A stretch of 64,000 nt of DNA, taken from Candidatus Obscuribacterales bacterium (GTDB lineage Bacteria; Cyanobacteriota; Vampirovibrionia; Obscuribacterales; Obscuribacteraceae). Positions 37,301 to 48,181 of this stretch are shown here, piece after piece; the first letter of the stretch is position 1; each line of letters begins with the position of its first letter. Location of the stretch: contig CBDDIJ010000005.1 of NCBI GenBank assembly GCA_965228855.1, forward strand, positions 960,001 to 1,024,000, written 5' to 3'. The notes under the pieces were generated by a model. It saw only the letters and a list, made by a program, of their open reading frames with translations. It did no database searches and was not told the origin of the DNA. Both the position numbers and the translations under genes were made by a program.

Positions 37301-38365
37301 TCCATGCAGCCTGACGGAGGTCACTCACTGATGGGCGGCATGGACGGCAGGCTGCCAGCTCAGCCGCTGCCGAAAGCGCCGCAGCCTCCACCATTCGAAG
37401 AGCCTCAAGTTTTAGGCAGCAACGAGCCATCCCCGTATCAAGGCACCACTGCTGGCGCTGCAATGCAGAAAACGAAGCCGACATTGAGATCAAATACCGA
37501 TTGGCATACCGACTCCGAACCCGTAATCGATGAAGCTACAGCTGCAGCGCCAGCACCAGACTCAGCAATAAAGCAATTCGCTGAGCGAATGAAAACCAAC
37601 ATGCCGGAGCCTGGGCAGCACTCAAATACAGACACAGGTAAGGGCTTTAAGAGCTACGAGCCGGTCTCTCTTGCGGAGTTGAATGCGATCAAAACTCCTG
37701 CTCCATCACAGACAAAACCGACGACGGAAGGATTGTCTACCGCTATTCCACCGGGGCACCAGACAACTGGTTCTGCGCCTATCTACAATAAAAAATCGAG
37801 GACTCGGTCCAACGAGGACAATGAACTTCCGGCACCGAGCTCAGCCCGCGGCAGTAGTGGCGCCCGCGGTGCAGGCACTTCAATGAGATTCAACACCAGC
37901 CGTGGTGGCACAGACACGAAAAAGGCAGTGCTTATGACATTAGTCGCTGTCGCTATTGTTGTCGTCATCGGTATAGTAGGTTTCATGCTGCTGCAGCACA
38001 CAGCTCAAAACGGTCAACAGACGACGGCAATTCAGGAAAGCACAAGCGAAACAACCGACACCTCTACGCCCTCGGAAGTTTCGACTTCGACAGAGCCTGA
38101 ACCATCATCAAGCTCTAAGAGTGTAACCAGTTCATCTTCGTCAACGAGCGCTTCAACAGCTACCAAACCGGCACAGAAACCGCAGCCGACGCCAAGCAAA
38201 AAAGAAGCAGCAAAGAAACCTCAAGTCGCCAAAGTTACACCGAAAAAACCGAAAAAACCTAAAGCTGTCGCCAGGACGCCGGCAGCAGAGTCGGACACTC
38301 CGTCCATTCCGCGCAGACGCCGGGCGTATTCCACGTACGATTCCTACTACAGCGACGGCAACTAG
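34394..38365 (+). CDS. Ser/Thr protein kinase with ~900-aa disordered linker and C-terminal TM
   Basis: GGMGVV, AMK, HRDLKPHN, DFG and YMSPEQ motifs. TM segment AVLMTLVAVAIVVVIGIVGFML. Confidence 0.9.
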   Translation: MNVDVVHGDRPKHPLVGTVVEPYAILDVIAAGGMGVVFKARHTLTDRVVAMKLLPSELARDESNVERVKIEAKALAQLKHPNIVTTFDFGFTAMQEPFIVMEYVAGESLKEVLDREVLLPVDRALKIFLQAVDGMRYAHSAKILHRDLKPHNIMVSNEPEADHVKILDFGVAKLAEYTQKITRTGEVVGSPLYMSPEQCTGRPTDHRCDIYSIGVMMYETLTGHPPFRGENYISTVHLKCTKLAPSFKDIVPGRVFPERLEMIVLKCLEIEPDRRYSTMAELKADLELVAGVVPRVERAKTNQGLPATPPAQNQNVGASPAKADEIGWQPAWAGGQSSPANPAARSREADFSDSIVTNVSDSTDNQSWRTPSSPNLSDDNWGNTDFSKEQRNQLGWSNPGATDDDNEWIPSTPPSATPQQNAQKPLTQTQGLASLSAALEASSIGAGDMLNIKPGGFKAEGIPPSDEITGDKPVVDLEQTKGPAPIPLNKDDSGDSHFVLTWDQKTGPSWSATTASPQRPKAPMGSMAGTRTRMPGMDANAIANAAVNASKSGAGEQNQQPTQNAQVNGSVPGNREGAPPDQSQNPWGGDDQQTNTGSRFNAAAHGWAPPTSTGSHQAVQGPSGRVNQGMNGAQPQAMNQGMTGAQPQAMNQGMTGAQPQAMNQGMTGAQPQAMNQGMTGAQPQMGENQPRQPHPGFPQPKSGQSSEGPSPHGFPQQDNQGFQLPPNQSGAQRPGFPSPQMAPSNQNVPPQGSNSGFPPGSQANPGFPQAGQGATGAHQSAPGMVPQQNGINSFSNGAPGTAQVNQKPPMPDPWGETVPPDAAVAQMTESETGVKHMAPWQDKTPPVGPVGGPMNQPLFPPSPVAQLAASLMDDQSTKMTTDHSSDAFAPLSGGSSKPIPASVQALMPPPPPSRSQQNMQPPAPPVSVPQNTPPSLSPGSNPATPQNVAPVAPASMRPGMSTPQPGMPTSMQPDGGHSLMGGMDGRLPAQPLPKAPQPPPFEEPQVLGSNEPSPYQGTTAGAAMQKTKPTLRSNTDWHTDSEPVIDEATAAAPAPDSAIKQFAERMKTNMPEPGQHSNTDTGKGFKSYEPVSLAELNAIKTPAPSQTKPTTEGLSTAIPPGHQTTGSAPIYNKKSRTRSNEDNELPAPSSARGSSGARGAGTSMRFNTSRGGTDTKKAVLMTLVAVAIVVVIGIVGFMLLQHTAQNGQQTTAIQESTSETTDTSTPSEVSTSTEPEPSSSSKSVTSSSSSTSASTATKPAQKPQPTPSKKEAAKKPQVAKVTPKKPKKPKAVARTPAAESDTPSIPRRRRAYSTYDSYYSDGN
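36269..36445 (+). repeat. 36-bp coding tandem repeat (MNQGMTGAQPQA, about 5 copies)
   Basis: Units start at 36269, 36305, 36341, 36377 and 36413. Confidence 0.92.
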
Positions 38366-38456
38366 AGTGACCACGCCGCAACTCGACTGACCGACCGCGA
38401 CTGGATTGAACGCGCCATTACTCGACTGACCGCGCTCGCGCGCGCTCGATGAATAC

Positions 38457-38492
38457 AAAAACGGCCGGATTTTTTCAACTTCCGGCCGTTTT
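38457..38492. terminator. bidirectional terminator between the kinase gene and atpC
   Basis: aaaacggccgga / tccggccgtttt. Confidence 0.8.
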
Positions 38493-38514
38493 CTCATTCA
38501 TTTCATTACAGTGA

Positions 38515-38985
38515 TTAGCGCATGCGCCGACGTTCTCTCGCGATCTCCAGCGCCTTGAGGCGAGCGATCGCTCTGGTCAGTGCCAGTTCCGCCACGTGCG
38601 TGTGCAGCTTGTCCGCCTTCTGAGCGGTTTCCGCTTCTGCTCTGGCTTTCGCCTGATTGGCGCGGGCTTCGTCAATCTCGGTGCCCAGCTCGGCAGCATC
38701 AGTAATGACAGTGACTGTCAAATCTTGATCGCTCGTATAAACATCCCCAGGAAGCGCAGATTGCTTGTTCGCTACTTCCAGTACACCGCCGATGATGGCT
38801 GCAGACTTCTCTTCGCCGGCTTCCCAATACTTCAACGCGTCTATACCAAGAGCGGTCACAAGCGGCTCATGCTGCGGCAGAATTGAAAGCTGTCCATCGC
38901 GTGCCGTAGCTGTCACCTGCGACACCGTGGTATCGAGTACGATGCGCTCCGGAGTGATGATCTTGAAATTGAACGTGGCGGCCAT
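38515..38985 (-). CDS. atpC: ATP synthase F1 epsilon subunit
   Basis: IITPER, GQLSILPQHEPLVTAL, GGVLEV and IDEARA..A..RAE..L.RA.ARL motifs. Confidence 0.92.
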   Translation of the reverse strand: MAATFNFKIITPERIVLDTTVSQVTATARDGQLSILPQHEPLVTALGIDALKYWEAGEEKSAAIIGGVLEVANKQSALPGDVYTSDQDLTVTVITDAAELGTEIDEARANQAKARAEAETAQKADKLHTHVAELALTRAIARLKALEIARERRRMR

Positions 38986-39056
38986 GGTCCTTTAGCTCCT
39001 ATCTCCAACCGGTGAGGGTCGACTTGGTTGCGCAGTCTTTGTGCGCTCGTTACCTT

Positions 39057-39809
39057 TTATTTTTTACGCGTGGTCTTTTTAGCGGCAGTGGAACGACCGC
39101 GCGTGCCGGTCGTTCCACCCGTGGTCTTCTTGCTTGTCGACGCTTTCGTGGACTTCGAAGTAGCGGCGCGCTTGCTCGAAGCCGCTGCTGAAGCGGACTT
39201 CGATTTAGACGCGCCTGAAACTACGCTCAAACGTCCTGCAGATTTGCGAGGAGTGTGTTTGATAATGCTGTCGACAATACCGTACTCGAGGGCTTCTTGA
39301 GCAGAAAGGTAATAGTCGCGTTCGATATCCTTGCGAATTCTTTCGCGATCTTGTCCAGTGCATCTGTGAAGCAATTCAATCTGAGCGTTTCTAAAGCGTT
39401 GGCCCTGAAGCGCCTGGATTTCCAGCGATGTGATGTCGCCTTCAGCTTCCCAGATGGTCTGGTGGAACATCAAGGTCGAAAACTCATACGCGGAGCGCTC
39501 ACCCGTGCCCGACGCCAAGATCTCACAAGCTCCCGAAAGGGCATGCCCCAGACAGATTGTGTTGACCTTGGGTGGAATCGAGTGCATGATCGCGATAATG
39601 GCATCGGCGTTGTATCCATTGCCACCTGCTGAGTTGATGTACAAATTGATCGGTGTTTTCGGATCGCGCTCTACTAGACGAAGCAAACGACGGATAACCG
39701 GCGTGGCAACTTCGTTTTCAAGTCTGCCGAAAACGTAAACGTCTCTGTTGGACAACTCATCGTTTTCTTTTTTCTCGGCGACCTTGGATTCCTGATTTTT
39801 CTTGCTCAT
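39057..39809 (-). CDS. clpP: divergent ClpP-family peptidase subunit with basic C-terminal tail
   Basis: LYINSAGG, TICLGHALS, MFHQ and ERDYYLSAQEALEYGIVD motifs. Confidence 0.85.
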   Translation of the reverse strand: MSKKNQESKVAEKKENDELSNRDVYVFGRLENEVATPVIRRLLRLVERDPKTPINLYINSAGGNGYNADAIIAIMHSIPPKVNTICLGHALSGACEILASGTGERSAYEFSTLMFHQTIWEAEGDITSLEIQALQGQRFRNAQIELLHRCTGQDRERIRKDIERDYYLSAQEALEYGIVDSIIKHTPRKSAGRLSVVSGASKSKSASAAASSKRAATSKSTKASTSKKTTGGTTGTRGRSTAAKKTTRKK

Positions 39810-39848
39810 TGAAGCCTCGATGGGAAGGACTGAAACTGTTTATCTCAA

Positions 39849-41372
<1,524 letters not shown>

Positions 41373-41495
41373 TTACCAGCAAAGGATACAAGTCCGAGCC
41401 TACTTTCCCGGCGTCGTTTATGATACTTTTCGTATGCTAGATGTTTTTGTTTACTTTAGAAAAATTGGCGCCCTTTCTTACTCCGCGTTAATCTG

Positions 41496-42491
41496 GTGGA
41501 AGATCCAAAACTAAATCGAGTTCTTTCCCATTTATTCAAAATGGTGGCATTGGTCGGTCTGGGTACAGCCGGCTTCATGATCGTCGAAGGCTGGGGTCTT
41601 CTCGACAGCTTGTTTATGTCGGTCACGACCATAGCAACGGTTGGTTACGGCGAGGTTCATCCGCTTACTCCGGCCGGACAACTTTTCGCAATATTCCTGA
41701 TATTTTTCGGCGTCGGCGCTTTCCTCTACATCGCGAGCGACATGGTGTCGCTCGCTCTCGAATTGAGACTCGGAAGAAATATGAACAAACAAATTGTCAA
41801 GTTGCACAATCACCAGATCATCTGCGGATTCGGCAGAACAGGTCAAGAAGTAGCCAGTCAATTCCGTATAAATAAGATCCCGTTCGTTATCATCGAATTG
41901 AATTCAGCAACAGCCCTCCAGGCGGAGGAGGCAGGGTATCTTGTCATCGAAGGGGATGCTTCAGCCGACGACGTGCTGATGCGCGCGCAGGTTGAAAAAG
42001 CCAAAGGCGTCGTTTGTGCGCTTCCCGACGATACTCAAAATACTTTTATCGCGTTGACCGCGCGCGGTTTGAACGATCACATAGATGTTGTATCGCGGGC
42101 AGCTAATCCCGGTTCAGAGTCAAAACTGAAACGAGTCGGTGCGCGTATGGTGATTTCGCCATACGTGATATGCGGGCAGCGCTTGGCAGCCGCCGTTACA
42201 CATCCTCTTGTAACGCAGTTTCTTGACGTCGTCATGCACACCGCTGATGGTGACCTGAGGATGGAGCAGATCGTACTTTCAGACCACTCACAGCTCGTCG
42301 GGCGCACTTTAAAGGACGCCAATATAAAACAAGAATCAGGCGCGATGATCTTGGCGGTAAATCAAAATGGTAAGCTGATTACAAATCCAACGCCGGACCT
42401 CAAGTTTTGCGTCGGCGATGAGCTAATCGCTCTGGGGGCTCAAAGAGAGCTAAACAAACTCGCTAAGTTGGCAGGTAGAACGGAGAATTGA
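41496..42491 (+). CDS. 2-TM potassium channel with RCK (TrkA-N/TrkA-C) domains
   Basis: TVGYG selectivity filter and ICGFGRTG motif. Confidence 0.92.
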   Translation: MEDPKLNRVLSHLFKMVALVGLGTAGFMIVEGWGLLDSLFMSVTTIATVGYGEVHPLTPAGQLFAIFLIFFGVGAFLYIASDMVSLALELRLGRNMNKQIVKLHNHQIICGFGRTGQEVASQFRINKIPFVIIELNSATALQAEEAGYLVIEGDASADDVLMRAQVEKAKGVVCALPDDTQNTFIALTARGLNDHIDVVSRAANPGSESKLKRVGARMVISPYVICGQRLAAAVTHPLVTQFLDVVMHTADGDLRMEQIVLSDHSQLVGRTLKDANIKQESGAMILAVNQNGKLITNPTPDLKFCVGDELIALGAQRELNKLAKLAGRTEN

Positions 42492-42498
42492 GATCAAC

Positions 42499-42822
42499 AT
42501 GACGAATGACACCCCGAACCCCGGTACCGATGACGCTATCATCACGCTGGAAGGTGAAGACGGCACATCATACAACTGCCAAATCCTCGACATTATCGAG
42601 TTTGAAGGTCAGGAATACGGAATTCTTCTCAAATTAAAAGGTCAAGGCGAAGAGCCTGCGCCCGAAAGCGATGGCGAAGAAGAAGAATCACTCGTAATCA
42701 TGAGACTTCTGCAACGCGACGATCAGTCGATTTTCAGAACAATTGAGAGCGACGAAGAGTTCGAGAAAGTTGTAGCCTACGTCGAAGAGCTCGCTAGAGC
42801 CGCGGCTGGCGCTGAAGACTAG
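42499..42822 (+). CDS. acidic DUF1292/DUF3727-like protein
   Basis: ITLEGEDG...ILDIIEFEGQEYGIL...IESDEEFEKV pattern. Confidence 0.75.
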   Translation: MTNDTPNPGTDDAIITLEGEDGTSYNCQILDIIEFEGQEYGILLKLKGQGEEPAPESDGEEEESLVIMRLLQRDDQSIFRTIESDEEFEKVVAYVEELARAAAGAED

Positions 42823-42831
42823 TAACATAGA

Positions 42832-43815
42832 ATGTCCAATCAGTACGTAGACGACTTGATTGGCAGCAAGTTCGGCGATTTCACCTTGCAGGAAATTGTC
42901 GGTGAAGGCTCATTTTCACATGTGTTTCGCGCAGTCGATAAACACAAGAATGAAAAAGCCATCAAGATCCCGCGTAAGTTTACATCGGTGAGGGATGAGC
43001 GATTCGAGTTCGTCCCTACACAGGTCTTCATCAAACGCGGGCAGCGTTTCAGCCCACAAGAAGCATCTCCAATTCATATTCTTCGCATTCAGATCGCCCG
43101 CACTCGGCAAGTGGTCGATCAAGGAATTGTGCGAGTCGAAGACTATTCTTTTGACGGCGAAAACAGCTATTGCCGAATGCCATTCCTGTCCGGACAAACA
43201 TTGCGCGAATACATGCGCTCGGGTCCGGTACCAGTGGCGGTGCTGCGCAATCTGGCGCTGACGTTGTCCCGGCTCAATCATATGGAAAGTTTTGCTTACC
43301 ACGGCGATGTAAAACCGGAGAACATGGTCGTCACCGCCAATGGTGTCATACTGGTTGACTGCGGATATTTCGGAAACGTCAACGTCGGTGAAAAACCTGA
43401 TGATGCGCAGAAAACTCTGATCGTGACAACACCTCGCTATTATCCGAGATTGCTGCCCGATGATTTGCTGGCATTTGGTTTGATCCTCTGGGAAGCGGCG
43501 ATGAGAAAGCCGCTAATCGAGGGAGTTGCCTACCACGGAGATTATGCTGGGGAGGCGGTTTCCGAGAGACTGTCCGATCGAGTTCAGGAAGAAGAGGCAA
43601 TCGGAAATTTCAATTACACTTCGATTCTAGGTGCGGAGCGCCCCGGTTCCGTTCGAGAAGGACTGCCACCCCAGGTCGATAACTTACTTCTCCGTGCGGT
43701 GCGTCTCAAATACAACGATGCAAACGAACTCGACATCGACGAAGGTTTTGAAAGTTTCGAAGAGATCGCCGATGAATTGAAACGGCTGACACAGGCGGGG
43801 ATTCATTATCTATAA
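42832..43815 (+). CDS. atypical protein-kinase-like protein
   Basis: GEGSFSHV, AIK, HGDVKPEN and DCG motifs. No clear APE motif. Confidence 0.75.
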   Translation: MSNQYVDDLIGSKFGDFTLQEIVGEGSFSHVFRAVDKHKNEKAIKIPRKFTSVRDERFEFVPTQVFIKRGQRFSPQEASPIHILRIQIARTRQVVDQGIVRVEDYSFDGENSYCRMPFLSGQTLREYMRSGPVPVAVLRNLALTLSRLNHMESFAYHGDVKPENMVVTANGVILVDCGYFGNVNVGEKPDDAQKTLIVTTPRYYPRLLPDDLLAFGLILWEAAMRKPLIEGVAYHGDYAGEAVSERLSDRVQEEEAIGNFNYTSILGAERPGSVREGLPPQVDNLLLRAVRLKYNDANELDIDEGFESFEEIADELKRLTQAGIHYL

Positions 43816-44045
43816 ACGAGAGCGCCTTCCCGCAGCTGCAAGCTGAAAGAACGCTGGCATCGCGTTCTTTCGTGACATTAACGAACCGCCACCGTCGCAG
43901 CAAGCAGCAATTTTCGCGCAGTAAATCGAGTTGAACGCCGCGTAAAATCTGCATGAATTGGGCATGTCGTATGCGAGAATCCAGTCTCGGTTCGACAGAT
44001 AATTATTTATAGTATCGAACCCCATTCAAGCATGCGCCGGACGAA

Positions 44046-46715
44046 GTGATGACAACGTCGGACAGTGAAGTGAAAAAAGTCTGCATCGCGTGTGGTAAAG
44101 ATCCGAGCACGTGTCAGTGCTCGACGGTCAAAGTCTCGATTGAAGATGCGATGAAAGCTATGGACGCGGCCGCTCTGAAATCCGGAGACATCGAAGGTCG
44201 CTATCGCATTCTCGAGAAGGTCGGCGTCGGTGGCATGGGCACCGTATATAGAGCCGAGCATGTCGTACTGCGCAGAGAAGTCGCAATAAAAGTTTTGCGA
44301 TCCGAACTGCTCATGGACTCGATGGCGATGGCTCGATTCGAACAGGAGTCTCGCGCATGCGCGGCATTATCTCATCCGAATCTGGTAGCTGTTTATGACT
44401 GCGGAATAAACGCTCTCAGCCAGCCCTACTTAGTGATGGAGTTTCTGCGCGGCAAGAGTTTAATGGAGATCATCAAAGAAGGTGGTCCGTTGCCGCTGAA
44501 GCAGTTTTTCGAAGTATTCATCGAGGTTACAGCCGCACTCGACTACGCTCATCAAAACCATGTGATTCACCGTGATTTGAAGCCGTCAAATATTCTTTTA
44601 AGTGAAGATCCACGCGGTGGCATGACCACGAAGATTGTCGACTTTGGCGTGGCAAAAATCGAAGACCTTGGTGGTGAGTTTCAAATGCTCACGAGAACGG
44701 GTGAAGTTTTCGGAAGTCCAGCTTACATGAGCCCGGAGCAGTGCCAGGGCAATCAAGTCGATAATCGTTCGGACATTTACGCAATCGGTTGCGTGATGTA
44801 CGAATCCTTATGCGGAAAGCAAGCTTTTAAAGGCGCCAACATCATGACCATCATGACGAAGCAGTTGGAAGACGATCCGGTGCCACCCGAGCGCATTGAG
44901 AACGGTGAAGGATTGCCGGCTGATGTTCAGTTGATGGTGATGACCTGCCTCCGAAAAGATCCGGCTGAGCGGTTTCAGTCCATGAAAGAACTGAAAGAGG
45001 AACTGGAACGGCTTCAACATAACGCGTCCGCGAACCGTCCTGTGCGGCTTGGCTCGCTGACGCTGCCTGCTGTTTTCATTCCGATTATGGTATCGCTAGC
45101 GGTGCTGGCGTGCATTTTTAGTTTCTCTTCATTGATGCCCGGAGGTTCGGTCGATCGTTTTGCCGGTTCGCTGCGGTCGCCGATGTCGAAGGCGATGCTA
45201 GCTACATATACGCACATGCGGCATATGCGAAGAATGTCGATTGACACTTTTGAATCGATGTTGATTGGACCTCAGGCAAAGAGCATCGGCCTGGCTGATA
45301 AGGTTTCCATAGCCGCTGTGCTTTTCGACAAACTGAATCAGCACGACAGCACTCGAAAGGAGATTTTGCCGCTGTACGGCAAGACTGTTGGACCGCTTCT
45401 CAATGACGTGGAGCGCGCGGCGAGTTCCAATCCCAACTCGCTGGACGGGTGCAGGTGGTCTGCGCCTCTGGTTTACAACTATGTCGGTTTGACTTACGAG
45501 AAAAACCGACAATACGCGGACGCTGAGGCAAGATATAAGCGAGGTCTAGCCCTGGCAAATCAGTTGGATTCGCCGCTGTGGGTGCGTTCGAAGCTAGAAC
45601 AAGCGCTTGGCGAAGTATACCTGCACCAGAAGTTTCTGAACTTGGACGCTGCGATTCCCTTACTGGAGAACTCGTTGAAACATTTGCGATCCGAGAAGAA
45701 AGCGGTCAGAGAGCAGCGCAACGAGGCACTCACAGACACCTCCGAGGCGCTCTTCAAGGCGTTGACATTGAAGAATAAACCGAAAGAAGCGGTTGCTGTT
45801 TTGGAAGAGCAGGTAGATTATCTGCGCAAACAAGAGATTATAGATTCGGGCTCGATTGCACGACTAACGAACAGCATAATCGATTTTTACCGCAGTTCGA
45901 GTCAGTGGGAAACAGCTGATAAGTGGAGGAAGGAGCTCGCCAAAATCAATCCGAGCGGCGGCTCCACGGACAGAGGAGCGAATCAGTCCAAGGCATCAAA
46001 TACGGTGCGCCTGGCAAATGCCTGGTCTTTGAGAAACGAACAAAGTCCCTGGCACAAAATTATGGAAGCCTACAAAGCGGCTATTGAAAGGGCTGATGAC
46101 GACCTGGACAAATTCGCAATAGCTCTATTAGCATTTGATACCACTTGCGAGTATAGTCTGTACGATGACGCTAAAGACCTCACCGGATTAATCCAACCCG
46201 CATTAAAGCGAACCCAGGAGAGAGTGAAAGCGGCGGCAAACACCGGTACTCAGGAAGTATCTACCGGTCAGGCGCCGATGGCTCTGTTCTATCTCGCGTT
46301 CACAGAGTATAAGCAAGGCGCCTATCCCGTGGCGGTCAAACATCTGGCGCTGGCAAGAGAGCTTGTTCGTGGACAGCCGGACGAGACGTTCGTATCCGGG
46401 CGGCTGGACGCGCTGGAGGGGAATATGGCCCTGACCTTGAAACAGTATAAAGACGCGGAACAATTGTTGAAGCGCGCGGTGCAAGAATTAAAGGACGGCG
46501 GTGGTGCCAAGAACTTCCGAGTCGCAGATACGCTTGTCTTACTTGGACGCGTGTACATGGAACTTAGAAACTTCAGCGCAGCAAAAGAATGTTTCAACGA
46601 GGCGACGACGATTTACAATACTGAACCATGGAAGGGATGGAATATGTGGCACATCAATTCCGACATCGAGACTCAGCTAATCAAGATGAGAGAGCTTGAG
46701 AAAGGAAAAAAATAA
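44046..46715 (+). CDS. membrane Ser/Thr kinase with C-terminal TPR-like domain
   Basis: GVGGMG, HRDLKPSN, DFG and SPE motifs, then a TM and TPR-like helices. Confidence 0.9.
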   Translation: MMTTSDSEVKKVCIACGKDPSTCQCSTVKVSIEDAMKAMDAAALKSGDIEGRYRILEKVGVGGMGTVYRAEHVVLRREVAIKVLRSELLMDSMAMARFEQESRACAALSHPNLVAVYDCGINALSQPYLVMEFLRGKSLMEIIKEGGPLPLKQFFEVFIEVTAALDYAHQNHVIHRDLKPSNILLSEDPRGGMTTKIVDFGVAKIEDLGGEFQMLTRTGEVFGSPAYMSPEQCQGNQVDNRSDIYAIGCVMYESLCGKQAFKGANIMTIMTKQLEDDPVPPERIENGEGLPADVQLMVMTCLRKDPAERFQSMKELKEELERLQHNASANRPVRLGSLTLPAVFIPIMVSLAVLACIFSFSSLMPGGSVDRFAGSLRSPMSKAMLATYTHMRHMRRMSIDTFESMLIGPQAKSIGLADKVSIAAVLFDKLNQHDSTRKEILPLYGKTVGPLLNDVERAASSNPNSLDGCRWSAPLVYNYVGLTYEKNRQYADAEARYKRGLALANQLDSPLWVRSKLEQALGEVYLHQKFLNLDAAIPLLENSLKHLRSEKKAVREQRNEALTDTSEALFKALTLKNKPKEAVAVLEEQVDYLRKQEIIDSGSIARLTNSIIDFYRSSSQWETADKWRKELAKINPSGGSTDRGANQSKASNTVRLANAWSLRNEQSPWHKIMEAYKAAIERADDDLDKFAIALLAFDTTCEYSLYDDAKDLTGLIQPALKRTQERVKAAANTGTQEVSTGQAPMALFYLAFTEYKQGAYPVAVKHLALARELVRGQPDETFVSGRLDALEGNMALTLKQYKDAEQLLKRAVQELKDGGGAKNFRVADTLVLLGRVYMELRNFSAAKECFNEATTIYNTEPWKGWNMWHINSDIETQLIKMRELEKGKK

Positions 46716-48179
46716 ATGCCCGCATCCGGGAGTTTCGCTTCGGCAGTTTTGAAACCGTTTGCATGGCTGTATTCTGCAGCAGCTGTGCCTTTCGTGTACA
46801 CACTAAGCTTCGGTTCTGCCGATAGATTACTGCGAGTATCGGAACGTCTGAATGAAGGGGGGTCGTTTCTTCATCACGTATTGCGCAGCATCTACTACGA
46901 ACGATTGAAAATGTATCTGGAGGCTCGTGAAAGCAGTCATAGAGCGCTGGAAATAAACGATCGCAACCACGTGCCCTACTTAAATCTGGCATCGTCGCTC
47001 TGTTTTCTTGGTCGTTACGAAGAGGCGATGGAATATTGCAATCGTGCGCTGGCGATGGGTCGTCCGGACGAAAAATGGAAAGCGATGGCGTTGTCCACGC
47101 GTGTTGATGTTTACATCGCGCTTGGAAAAATGGTGGCAGCGAAGGAAGATGTTGAAACCATTTTTCAGTTGATGAAAAAAGATCCGATAGCGCTCGCTGC
47201 CAGAGCGAAAGTTTCCGACGCACAGGGAGACTATCAACGGGCGTTGGAGGACCTAAACAACGCGATCGAAAATTGCGAACCGATGGATCTGCCGGGCTTG
47301 CTGGAACAGCGGGGCGCTGTTTATGCAAGACTCTCGGGACCCGACGCCGCAGCCACGGATCGGCTGAAGGCGAGTGAAATCAGAAACTCATGGTTGAATG
47401 AGACCCGATTGTTTTCAGCACCGTCATTTCAATCGTCGCTCGTGCGAAACTCGACTGCAATTATGTTTTTCGCGCTGGTGACATTTGCATTTTTAAACCG
47501 CGAATCGACTCTTGGGCTGATGTTGCTGCCTCTTTTCGTGATCGCGCTTTTCCGGCGCTGCGCAGTCGGTCTTGTCACAGGTGCGATTGTCGGCGTAATC
47601 TGTTTGGCATCATTGGGCATGTTCGTCCCCATAAGATTTTGGGAAAACACACAGGCGCAGCCAGTTTCATTCAAGACTCAAACAATTGCAGGCAAACCAT
47701 TCAATCTGGACGGATGGAAAGGCAAGGGCGTTCTCATCTATTACGCGCCATCAGGCGAGGTGGAGACAGACGATACAAAATCACTCAAAGCGGTTTTCAA
47801 CAAATATCCGAGAACAAAGCTAGAGATCGTTGGTATCGTTGACGGTGGCACGACAAAAACGGTCGCCAAAACGCCGTGGCCCATCGTGGCCGGCAAAGGT
47901 CTGGATTCGAAGTCCAAGAGCCAGCTCGACAACCTGGAAAAGGTCAACACATATTTATTGTCGCCGCTCGACCATCACATCGTGGCGCGCAGCAGTCACC
48001 CGGATGGCATCAACGTTCCTCTCGAGTGGATAATGAAGTCACAGGTCGATTTAAAGAACTACTCGCAGAGCGAGGTGCGCGTTCTGAGCTGGATATTAGA
48101 TATACTCGTGCTGGTGCCGGTCCTTATATTCATGGTGCTTGACCGTACGCTGCAAAAATTCGTGACAGGTGAGGACTAA
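46716..48179 (+). CDS. TPR + multi-TM + thioredoxin-like (no CxxC) membrane protein
   Basis: TPRs and TMs, then KTQTIAGKPFNLDGWKGKGVLIYY..LEIVGI with a TlpA-like pattern. Directly abuts the kinase gene. Confidence 0.7.
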   Translation: MPASGSFASAVLKPFAWLYSAAAVPFVYTLSFGSADRLLRVSERLNEGGSFLHHVLRSIYYERLKMYLEARESSHRALEINDRNHVPYLNLASSLCFLGRYEEAMEYCNRALAMGRPDEKWKAMALSTRVDVYIALGKMVAAKEDVETIFQLMKKDPIALAARAKVSDAQGDYQRALEDLNNAIENCEPMDLPGLLEQRGAVYARLSGPDAAATDRLKASEIRNSWLNETRLFSAPSFQSSLVRNSTAIMFFALVTFAFLNRESTLGLMLLPLFVIALFRRCAVGLVTGAIVGVICLASLGMFVPIRFWENTQAQPVSFKTQTIAGKPFNLDGWKGKGVLIYYAPSGEVETDDTKSLKAVFNKYPRTKLEIVGIVDGGTTKTVAKTPWPIVAGKGLDSKSKSQLDNLEKVNTYLLSPLDHHIVARSSHPDGINVPLEWIMKSQVDLKNYSQSEVRVLSWILDILVLVPVLIFMVLDRTLQKFVTGED

Positions 48180-48181
48180 CT

